64,000 nucleotides of DNA from IMG/VR virus record IMGVR_UViG_3300030061_002429, positions 1-64,000 of that record. One strand, 5' to 3'. Shown in pieces: positions 47,101 through 59,100 of this stretch (its first letter is position 1; each line of letters starts with the position of its first letter). The notes under the pieces were generated by a model. It worked only from the letters and a program-made list of their open reading frames with translations, made no database searches and was not told the origin of the DNA. Made by a program: the position numbers and the translations under genes. This stretch comes from a virus.

Positions 47101-50100
47101 ATCAATCACCAGATTTACTTTCATGGGGAACGTATTGCTTCCCAAAGATTGGTCGAGTGTACCTTGCAAGCGGCGCAAGTGCTCTTTACTATGCAAAAAC
47201 TGGTTCGGGCTTTGCATTTGAAAATTCGGCCACTGCAATCAGTGAGCGTCGATTTTTGCTTTCTGATGGAACGGCTGTTGAAAGTTTCTATGTATGGTGC
47301 AAAGCAAACGGGGTAATAACACAATCAGGTGCTACAGTTACAGAAGAAGTTTCTGATTACTTTTACAATGATGATAACTTCAATGATGATTCACTTACAC
47401 AAGATGGTAGTACGGTCAATGACCGTTTATTCCAGTCAATGGACGGAGTAACGCATGATTATCAGTTGGGTTCACAATACTCAAGCACTCGTGCGATGGT
47501 TGAGATACCGTTTTTCCCTCAACAATTCTTTGACCATGAGAATGAAAACGTGTTCCCCGGACCTGACAACAGTATGAAAATTCATATTGATGCCACATAC
47601 ACAGCCCATACTTGGAATCCTACACCCGTTGGACGACGTGCTGATGATGTTCAAGTAGCCGACCGTACAGCGTCATCGGCTTATTCATACAATATCAACA
47701 ATCAAGACTACGTTTCGTCTACAACAATTACAAAAGTAGAATACGACTCAAGTGGTAAATTCTACAAAATTTATGTGTCGCATCCATCGCTTTTCCCACC
47801 TGTCGATACATCAGTGTTTGAATACACCAACATGAAGAAACTACCTCGTTATCGACGTGCATTCTTAGCAAATGGTATGTGGTGTGTGTATCGTAACGAC
47901 CCCAGTAGTGACGGTTATCTTCGTGTTGATGAGCATGAAAGTGCAACGAGTGGTGTCATATCAGGTTCGTACGCCAAAGGTTTCTTTGAAGGTGCAGTGC
48001 CACAAACTGCTCTCTTTATTGCACAAGGTTACCGCAGTGAAAATTTACTACCAATAGCATCCGATAATGAAACGCCTTCTTCTGATTACGAAGCACGCTC
48101 ACCGTACTACTACGACAACGCCAACGTCAAAACACAAGGCGGTAATCTTGACTATGGTCTTCGACAGTACGTGAGTGCAATCGAAATTAAAGCAGGTCCA
48201 CTTGTCAATCCGCACGCCCCACGAGTTCAATCAGGTGTAGCACAATCTACAATTTTGTCTGTAAAAGGAACAAGTGGAAAATACGTATTTAACTTAGAAG
48301 ATGCCAGTTCGTTTCCTGTTCTTACTGAATATACAAAAGACGTTACAAATTTACTTGCTATTGACGAAGGCGACCTAATGTATATTGCAGAAGTGCGACT
48401 TGCTGATGGTACAACACATGAAATGGTTTATTTTGGAAAACTACTTGAAGATAAGTCTGAAAACACAATCATATGCAAATCGGCAAATACTTCTTTGACG
48501 GGTCTTGAAAACGCTACGTTGTCAATAAAAAGAGTTGGTAGAGCCTTACATTCAGCCGCAAGTGTATCAACTGCAACTGATAATGAAAGAAAGGCATTGA
48601 CATTTCTCCCTGACACATCCGAACAGTGGACGGTCGCAGTTGCGGCAACCAGTGGTACTACTACTACGATTGAAATCACAACCACTGCATCAGATAGACT
48701 TGCATCATCGAATACAATAGGATTGAATATACGCAAAGATGACGAGTTGTATATTGACGATGTATCGCATAATGACGTTGATTATCTTGGAAAAGTGTCT
48801 TCTATTGTATCAAACGTTGTAGGAGGTACAACAAACACAGTCATCACGCTTACTACAAACAATGCTTGTGATGTGGCAGTTGGTGACAAGATTCGAGTTT
48901 CAATTCAAAGCGTTGTAGCCGAAGACCAAGACGGTATTTTGAACGCAACGTGGCTAAATCCATACGCTACAGGTGGAATGCGTAACGGTGACACCGTATG
49001 GATGAACATGACCATGAACAACCCACACGCTGTAGAAGGGCTGTTCTGTAAGAGTCGTGGTGTATACAATGAGCATCTCGTATGGAAAGGTTTCAACGGT
49101 GGACGTGGTTCACTTACCAGTCGCCCTCGTGACTCAATCCCTCTTGAGAATTTTTTGATTGGTGATACGTGTTTAGAAACGGCGCAAAACTTGGCTCAAC
49201 ACATTAACAAAACAATTGAAATCAATTATGAATCAATGCTTGGTAGTACATACACAGATATTCCAAGAGTAGCATACGTAGACCCATATCTTGCTACAGA
49301 AGGACATGCTCGTGTATTGCTCTACGATGTAGCCCATGACCGTGAATTTATCGCATTCCATGACCTACACATGCAAGTTCAATCGAGTGCGGCTACACCG
49401 AATATTGGGTTTGGTCGTGACATTGTACATGCAGGTGGCGTTTTAAAACTCGACCGTTTCTTGGTATCTCACAATGGTGGCGCACCGCATTACTTTACAA
49501 CACAAATTGACGTAGCCAATGGATTCCCAAGTGAAAACAAATACTTGCGTAGTACGCAACAATCGAAGTTCATTGAATCAGCCTATGCACACGATATAGC
49601 AAACAGTAGTGAGAATTTCTTGATACAAGACCCAACTACAAGAGGTAATAACATACAACTCAAAGGTAAAGGTCACGGTCACTTTGTACATTCAGGACTA
49701 ATGTATGGCTTCAATAGTAACATCTACGCTGTGAGTGACAATGCGTTACCTCGTGTTGAACCTGCTGTAGCATCAGTCTATTGGGCAAATGAGAAACATA
49801 AAAATTCGAGGATAACAAGTCGAGATGCCTTTGTCAAAGCGGTGAAAAATCACCGATTGTCAAAAAATCCATCTACATTTAGTTTCCGTGACGCAAGTAC
49901 GTTGTTCGATACACCTGATGGAACACGATGTATTTCAGCATTCTTGAGTTTGAAAGGCATACGCTCCTCTACTCTCGACTTATCGGGTCATGAAGAAGAC
50001 CGTTTGGAACATCTACCACACTGGACAGAAATGGATTTTGTGCGACGTATGGTGATTGATTGTGGTGAAGTTGGTGTCAAAGAGGGTGTGACGGATATTG

Positions 50101-53100
50101 AAGCGGCTACTCGTGAAATTGTGCGTTTAATCAATCAAGGCAGTGCAAAGAATGGTCGAACTCACGCACGTCGTCCATCTCAACAATACCCCGGTGAAAG
50201 TGAAAACCTTGACCTTACACGTATTGGTGTACGACAAGACGTGACTTCCGAAGCAAAAGACCCCAGTAGCGCACACATCAATGCTGATTTCGCCGCTACG
50301 GGTTCAACCTATGACCCTGCACCGTGGTGGTTTGTAGAAGAAGCATTTGATACTCACGACCGTGGTAGCCACATGGGGTATGTACGTGCTCACATTGGAC
50401 GTGTTGTTGAAGACATGAATGGTAATGAGGGCTTCTCAATTGTCATTCACTCCACCGTACCCGGTGCATCAGGTCGTAACTTCTGTGTATGGCTTGACAA
50501 CAGTAAGGGTCAATCGAACTACAAGCCGCAATTCCTTATTGGACACGGTGGGCGATTCCGTAACTTTTGGTGTCAGCCTGATGAAACACTGGGCGAGAAC
50601 ATGCATCCAGCCCCAATGCCTCTTAACAAGCATGGTCGCCCATTTGCTCCTGTTACAACACTGCGTGAGTATGTACTTCAAGAAGAACCCGATGAGCCAT
50701 TTACCAACAACCATGATGTCGGTAATCGCAAATCAAACAACTCATCAGAAAACCGCAATGTATCGGCACGTATTGGTGGTATCAATCACAATACTGTATC
50801 GGATGAGTCGTTTGAAGTCCAAGGTCTTTCGACCAATCTTGTCGAAGGATTGCGAGCAGGTAAGCAAGCAGTTGGGCGTATCAACTTTGGTGGGCTTGTT
50901 GCATCAGGAGTACCCGGCTTTGCACCCGATGCAGGTACACATGGCTTTGGTCGAAGAGGTGATGAGCGATTCGATTACAAATACGGTGAAGCCATTAAGT
51001 TTGGTGACAGTGACCCAACTGCTATCGCTTCATACACAGGACATGTCAATCCAAGTGATGTCACAGAAGATGCAATCGGGGATTCACCACTATACGGTTT
51101 CAGATTTACCGACCATAGAGGTCGTGGGTATGGTGTACGTTATGTCTACCGTAAATTCGGTCAAGCGTTTTCCGATGAAAATACTACATTACCTTCGACC
51201 TTAGAAGATGAAGTTATCATTCACATCAATGATGACGATGTTTCAATGGGTGGGTTTACTCTTGGTGGTCATATGCTCGGTTGGGGTGACCCAACAGGTC
51301 GCTTAGATGTATCAGGACTTCAACTCTCTAAATGGCGTGGTAACCAATGGAGAGGCATGTACGCACCAAATGCAGGTGTTGATGCCGAAGTAACATGGGA
51401 CGGTACAGCAAACACACTCACTGTTGTGTTTGAAGCACCATTCAATACTGGTGCTTCTTCATCACCATTAGCAAATCACCCTGATTTACTTGGCTATCTT
51501 GGTTATCCTCATACCAATGGTGTCATTCATCTCCATGACACATTTACGGGTACAACTGATAAAGGGGTTGTTGGAAACGCATTGTCTTACGAATCACGTA
51601 CAGTGGATGATATAACGGGTACACATATCTTTTACGGGGTACGTGGAGAATCCTTTGTATCATCTCACTACGTGAGTAGCGGAACTGTAACAGATGCAAT
51701 AAGGACACAACCTCACGCTTCAGACAACACTATGCGTGTGTTACTATCATCACGCATTAACTGGACAACACTGGTCACCGACGAAGTGCTTGCGTACGCT
51801 ACCAACGTGGCTATCAATCATCCTAATCCAAATCAAGAAGATGGAATAGCAGTTGATGTACGTCGATTGTATGCGTGTGACGGTCGTACGCTCGGTGAAT
51901 GGGGCGTAGCCGAAGATGCAATCATTGTACGCTCGCACAACCCACAGCGTGGTGCTACGCCAATTTCAAGCATGTTCTCTTCAAAACTGCATACCGACTA
52001 TGCTATACAAGCGGCTCATCTTGAGTACGGAGAATATGAAACATTAGCAAAGGACGCTACTGGGATTTACGCATTCAGTTCATCATCCGATGCTGTGCAT
52101 CAACCGATAAGTGATGCACTACTTGACAAGAATAGACAAATTGACGCAGGGTATCTTCCAAGAACAGTACTGCAAATTCGCACAAAAGGACGAGGGTATC
52201 ACGCCAACACCCCTACGCCTATCCTTGTTGATTCGTTTAACGACCCTGTACCAGTCGATGCGTGGCGAAAGAATCTGAAAGGTATCACATTCACATCAAC
52301 AAGTGGTGACCATATCTTACCTGCACTTAACAACGAAATGTTGTTGTTCAATCATTATCAACACTCCGCAAAATACTTTTACCATACAACTACAGATAAC
52401 GGTATTTCTCATGCGCTTATTCCAGCAGGGCAAGAAGGTGCTACAATTGACACTTTTGCTAAAGAGGCATCTTTTGGTGAGCAAAAACGTTTCTACTTTA
52501 CCGATGTACAATATGCCTTGCTTAATTCTATACAGGGTACAAACTCGCTCACTCGTGTTGAATGGGGAAGAGATGACTTTGCAAACCAAGATTGGGTAGA
52601 CCATTTCACTGCAAATTTCAGCAATGAAGACCACATATTAATGCGGTTTGGTAATCAAAAGATAGGTGGTCGTCGCTCATACGGTGCTGTTGATGCTGAA
52701 CCGCTTGTTTACTTCAAAGGCGCAAAAGACAGCAACGACCATTCCGTACCACTGTACTTTGGTGGTGGTTTTAGCGGCGTAGTGCTGGACATTAACGACG
52801 GTACAGAAAACGATTATTCATCGTTCTATACACACCCGTATTCCAATGGACCAACAGGTACAGCAGGTATACAAAATGCCAACGAGATTTCTACTTCATT
52901 TGCTATTGTAGACTGCAATGCGTTGCTTGCATTCTTCCCTGCTACACCATTACTAAATCAACACCGTGGGAGTTTAACGCACCCAGTAGCCAACCGTAAC
53001 AATGTCCTTTCACCCGATTTAGCGGCTGGAGCACACACAAGACACACCGATACACCTGCACACGTTGTAGCAAGATACACGGCAGGTATCGTACAGCAAA

Positions 53101-56100
53101 AACCATCACCGCTTGTGTTGCGTGTAGCGAATCCAAATGCACGATACAAAGACACAGATGTGGGTGAAACACACACGACGTACATTATCTTTGGTCCCGG
53201 TCAAGCCTTCCCGTTTACGGAAATGACAACAGTCAATTCGGATGAACAACCTCACCCCGGTTATGTTGTCACAACTGGTAATACATGGAGCAAAGTACCT
53301 GCTAACAAGAATCTACCAAATGAAATCAAAAACTCCGACGATAAATACGGACCACCATCAAGTACGTATCAATCAGCACGTCAAGTATTCCATTGGAACA
53401 CAACATGGAATTGGTCACCAGCGCAAGGTATACCTAACATTGGCACAACCACTGGTGCTGGACTTATACAACGTCCTGAACATGGTTCGCACTATGGTGA
53501 GCATTTTACAGGACATGTTGCTGTTACGTTAAACAATCTTGAAGATTATCGAAAAGCACATCCGTACAAGTTTGTAGGTGCAATGTATTACGGTATCGCT
53601 ATGGGTGCTGATTTGTGCTTCCACATGGACGGTGGTTATCATCCCGGTGGTTCTTGGATGGACAACCAGTTATCATTTAATCCACCACATGTCATTAGTG
53701 ATTACAAAATAAATCGAGGACATAATATTGTACACCCATCAGCATTCCGTGTATCGGGTAAACTTGCAAACAATTTTGTTACAGGTGTAAGTAATGAAAA
53801 CATTGCTTTATTGTATGAAGATGAGTTCATTGTAGTTGATGCTACACGTTGTCAAAACGGTGAAGAGTTGGCAACCGTACTCGGACAATCCATCAATGAG
53901 TTCCCCGGAAGCAGTGCTATCAAAGCGATGGGTGGTACATTTGCACCTTCAATGGGTAATGCTATGCGTCAAGACCGATATGGTTGGATTGAAATGTCAT
54001 TTGAATCTTATACTGTAGACGGTCCACCAGTTGCAATTACTTCTTCAAAAACAATTTTGATAGCAAGTATATCAGGAGCATCTCAAGCAACGCTTGAACA
54101 AATACCCGCATGTGGGTGGCTCCGTACACCTGATGGTGGTACAACAAATGTTGGTTCGGGTGACATACCTACGTTTGCTCCATATCATAGTCGAGAAGTT
54201 GTTTATGATAGCGGTAGTAGTAGTTACAAAGTGCATTTCTTACTTGCCCCAAACCGTTCATCGAGTCTACCTTTAATGGAAAGTCTACGCACATATGATG
54301 ATGTAGAACAAGGAACTTACGCCGCAGGTTTATCACATCCCGATTATGCAGGTGGAAATCCTACTGCTGTTTATGTGTGGTCAAAGGCAGGTGTGCATCG
54401 TTTCAACAATGAAAATGACTCAACTCGTGACCACATGACACAGGTACACTTTAGCGGTATAGTCGATGCTATTGACCGTACACGCCCCGTAGGTGCAGTA
54501 GGATGGGCAGGGGAGCGTTATTCGTACCTTAACTCTCTTAAGGTAGGTTCGGAGCAGTATGGTGCAGGTTTAGGTGCATGGCATCCAATGCTTGGATTTT
54601 CACCGTATGGACCGAGTAACAGTTGTATGACAGCGTTTGGTCATCTTGCACATAGTAACCCAATTCCTTTTTCTCCTGAAGGAATAAACAGAATCAATAA
54701 TCAAACTATAGTGAGTGATGCCATCATCAGTAACATATATTCATGGAAGTATGGACTTCCGTCTACTGATGATTATTATGCAACAGATTACGCTTTTGAA
54801 CAGGCTGATAACTCCATTTTAGGAAAACAACCAGTAACATATCGTGATAATAGTGATGACACATTCGCACTACCACGTAGCCTTCACATGCCTCAAGGTG
54901 TGTACAGTCGAGCGTTTGTTGTTATATCGTACGAAAGCGAAATGGCACTTGTAGCGAAGCACGACAGGGACGGTATCAAAGCAACAGGTGACTGGCTTTC
55001 TGTATCATCGAAAGTCAATGTTGATAGCGTAATCCCTGCAACAGCCATCACGTTTGCAGGTACTACACGATGGGATGAGCGTATTCACAATCCTGAACGA
55101 TTTACAGCACCCGCTAATGCTGGACCCAACGTAGAAGCATTGGTGAGAAAGGACGGTTCTGACCCGTTTACAATGCCTCAAGCGGAGTACCCAAGTGCAT
55201 TCAATTTTGGAGCACCATTGGCAAATGATGAAGATTTATACAACGCTGAACCTTGTTTTAATGAAACGGGTGATTTGTTTTATGATATAGACATTAGCCC
55301 CGGTGCTTTCCATTTAGAAACAAGTGCGGGTGTTGAACGTAATTTACAACTTAAATACATTACAGGCAGTACAGATGCATCAATTACTTCTCGTTACACT
55401 ATAAGCGGTGCTCGTGACTTTTGGGGCGGTGATTTGAATGCATTCCGTCTTGCTGAACATTCACCAGCAAGGAATTTCTCAATTGAAAACATTGTATGGA
55501 AACGTATGGACGGTGGCAACTTATCACTCCCTGCTGTCAATGCTCGTGGTCTTGGTGCAGTACCGTTTATCACTCGTGTATCGGGCGGTACAGCCTACAC
55601 CACTGGTGAAAAATTGTTTGGTAATTGTCGGTTCTCATTTGAAACAACGAACTCGGCAATGTACCCAATCATACAGGCACAGGAGTTGAGTCATCCACAA
55701 ATTGCGGCTCGACATCCCGATGAGTTACGTAACGTGCTTGAGATACCGAATGAAGAGTTGCAATTCTTAGCCATGTCTGTTGTGGACGACACTGGTCAAG
55801 AACATTCAATCGAAGGTGGTTCGCCGTTTGGTACAATCATACGTTCATTCAAACAAATTTCAGACCGTACAGCCGAGGGGTTAGCACCATCGGAAGCGGG
55901 AAGCGGTGTTGAGCCAAACTTGAAGATTCAACTACCTGATGCTGATGCTATTCCCGGTAACATCATCGTACGTAGTGGATTTGACCGTCTACAAGCCTAT
56001 CAGAACGAAACAATGGGTACGGGCGGTATGCTACGTCCAAACATCGAAACGGGCATAGAGGGCATCTTTACAGACGCTACAGACGGTCCACGCTTAGGAC

Positions 56101-59100
56101 CGACGTTTAGTGACCATGAATACGACCATATCAGTCAAAACTCCGTAGGCGAAGCCTTCCCCGATATGACACGAAAGGGTTGGAAGTCGGCAACCAACAA
56201 TGCACCACTAAAGACATCGTACGAACTGCATGACCGAGCCTTGTTCTTCCACATTACCAAGAACGGTAACTCGCACACGCATCGCTATCCTACAATCTAC
56301 ACACACGATAATGGTGTCATCAACAACGCTCTCACGGCACAGACGTATTCAGGCACTACTTTAACAGTGAATGCAACTATCAATACAACATTGTATCGTG
56401 ACGCATATGGTGATTCACAGAAAGACGATGGTGGTACACGTCGATTTTTACGCATATACGACGACGCAACTGGTGAAAGTGGTGTTGCCTCGTTCACTGG
56501 AATATCGACCAATACATTCACTGGTTGTGTAGGTGATTCAGCATTCGATGCTATTGTTGCTAAGAGCAGTATAACGTCATTCAGCGTCGTGCCTTCATAC
56601 TACGTACCTGCTGGTAGTAACCGATTCTTTGCGGCACGTCGAATCCGTGACCATGCGGAAGTAAGCGGTAACAGCCCTGACATGGCACACTCGATGTATG
56701 TGACTGGACATGGTGGACCGAATGTATTGTGTTATGATGCATACAAAAAGACACGACTTACACCAATGGCAATTCCACGTATGGGTCATCACTTCGTTAA
56801 TGCTACGCAAGCCATGTTACCCGGACATTGGGCGCACCCTGCGTATCAAGGATTGTACTTTAAGCACCGAGCCGACCGTTCAGCAACGCAAAAGAATCTT
56901 GAGCAAGACCTCATTCAAAGCACTGCTCTCGATACCGATAGGTCGAACTTACCAGCAGATACCCAACGTAAGTTACCAGTCTATGACCCTATGATTACAT
57001 TCGGCGCAATGACTGCTACACCAAGTGGTCCGAGTGATATTCACGGCGGTGGATTTACACTCATGTTTGAAACCAAAGTCAAGTACGATGGCTATGGTGT
57101 GTTGGCTTCAAAAGGTCAAGCGGGTGTTGTAAACTCGAAAGGTGGTCATACTATTGTATTGGAAGCAGGTGCTACATATACCCTTAAGCATCACTTCCCT
57201 GACCCATCAGAAGTTGGTGCGTACCAAATCATCATTCAACCTAACGTACACAAGTCACAGTTTTACGGCTACCACGAAAACGGCAGTGCTACTGGACTAC
57301 CTGATGGTTCGGTTAATGAATTAACTGGACAACAAGTAGCGTTAGTTATCGGTATACGTGAGCCTGATTCAGCCACAGGTGGACTTGGTTTGGTCTTAGC
57401 CGAAGCAACTATGGCCGATGTACGTGGTTGTGAAGTGTTCATCAATGAGGTTATGCTTGACCATGACCCTGATTATGGTGGACAACTGGCAAACATACCT
57501 CCGCTATTGCTGTACAATGCGTTAGGTGTACAAGGTACAGAAGCACCTGCATTTACACGACGAAGCCTACCGTATCACCCCGGTATGTTTGTCGATGCTA
57601 CACCCGGCTTTACAACCAACATACCGTGGTGGTCAATCGTTCACAAAATAAGTCCTGAAGATTCATCAGCAGTAGGATTCCGTCATTTGACATGGCACAG
57701 AATTGATAATTACTACGAGTTCTTACGTGCTGGTGCTGGAAGCATTGCGTGTCAATTGACTCTTGCAGGTTATCCGTCCAACTATCCTGACTTCTATTCG
57801 ACCGTATTAGAAAATGTTAGCCTCTCACCTGTTGCTGTGGTAAAGTCGGTGTCTTCAACGCTTATCACTGTCGATGATGCAAGAGGCTTTCCTAAAGTGC
57901 CATACTATGGTATGAAGTTGGAATACACTGATGCTGACGGTATTCGACGTACACATACATACACTGAACGCAGTGGTAATGATGCAACATACATGAACAA
58001 ACCGTATAGATTCACCATTACTGCATCTTCAAATTTCACCAATAACCTTACTGTGGGAACAAAGATTCGCTTGACTCGTGCATATGATTTCCGCCCTGCT
58101 GGAAAATTGATGAAGGAATCGAGGTCAAGTATTTTTACACGCATGTTACCTCAATTACTACAAGGTAGTCGTGATACAAACAGCCTTCACATGGCTGATG
58201 CATATCTATGTTTATGGAATCCAAACCTTGGCCGACCGCACACATTTTATTCAGATGGAAGTCGTACATGGTTGAGTCCAACTGGTGACAGGGCAGTTAA
58301 TCGAAAACCACTGAACAGCCTACCTGAACACTATGAAACCATCCATTACCATGATGCAACATACTACAACAGTTTAGGTCCGTTTACTTTTACAATGAAT
58401 ACAACAAGACCGATTCAACCATTAGTTACACACGCACTAAGTGATAGGATAATCGTATCAACTGCGAGTAATGTCATAACAACGGCACATTCGCCACCAT
58501 CATTACCAAATGATACGATTCAAATTGAAAATGAAATTTTTGTTGTTGTGAGCGATACAGGTGCTTTGCTAACTGTGAATCGTGACATAACGCATCTTAC
58601 AAATGGTAGTAAGATATACATTCATGGAGATGGGGATGCAGTAACAGCAGGTGGGTTGCATAGTGATTACACGGCTCAAGGTGGTACAGATGTCATGCTC
58701 AATCATTACTGGCCGTGTGGTAGTCGTGGTGGGCCGCTTACCAGTCGCCTTGATGGGTATGGGTATGTAAGCACTGCGTGGGATTATCCACAAGAGTATA
58801 CATCAGACGGTCCTGTATGGGAAGACCAAGATGATACTGGTTCATACGTAGTAAGCAGTGGTATCACAAAAACATCGTATGATTCAATCAGTAGCCCTAC
58901 ACGACCTCGACCCTTTGGTTACCGCTTCGGATTGCGACAACCCTACAATAAACCACAGTGGGCTATGTACGGTGCTCGTGCATATCGAGAAACGCCTATC
59001 TCTTCATCAAACACCATTGCGGGGTATCAGCATGGTCCTTTGGTGCAATTAGAAGAAAGAACTACTGGAAACAAGTGGGAATACGTTGGTGGAAGTGGTT

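Noticed and set aside
50419-51204. 261-aa alternative-frame ORF inside the giant gene
   Set aside because: No RBS or recognisable motif; expected by chance within a 16.7-kb ORF
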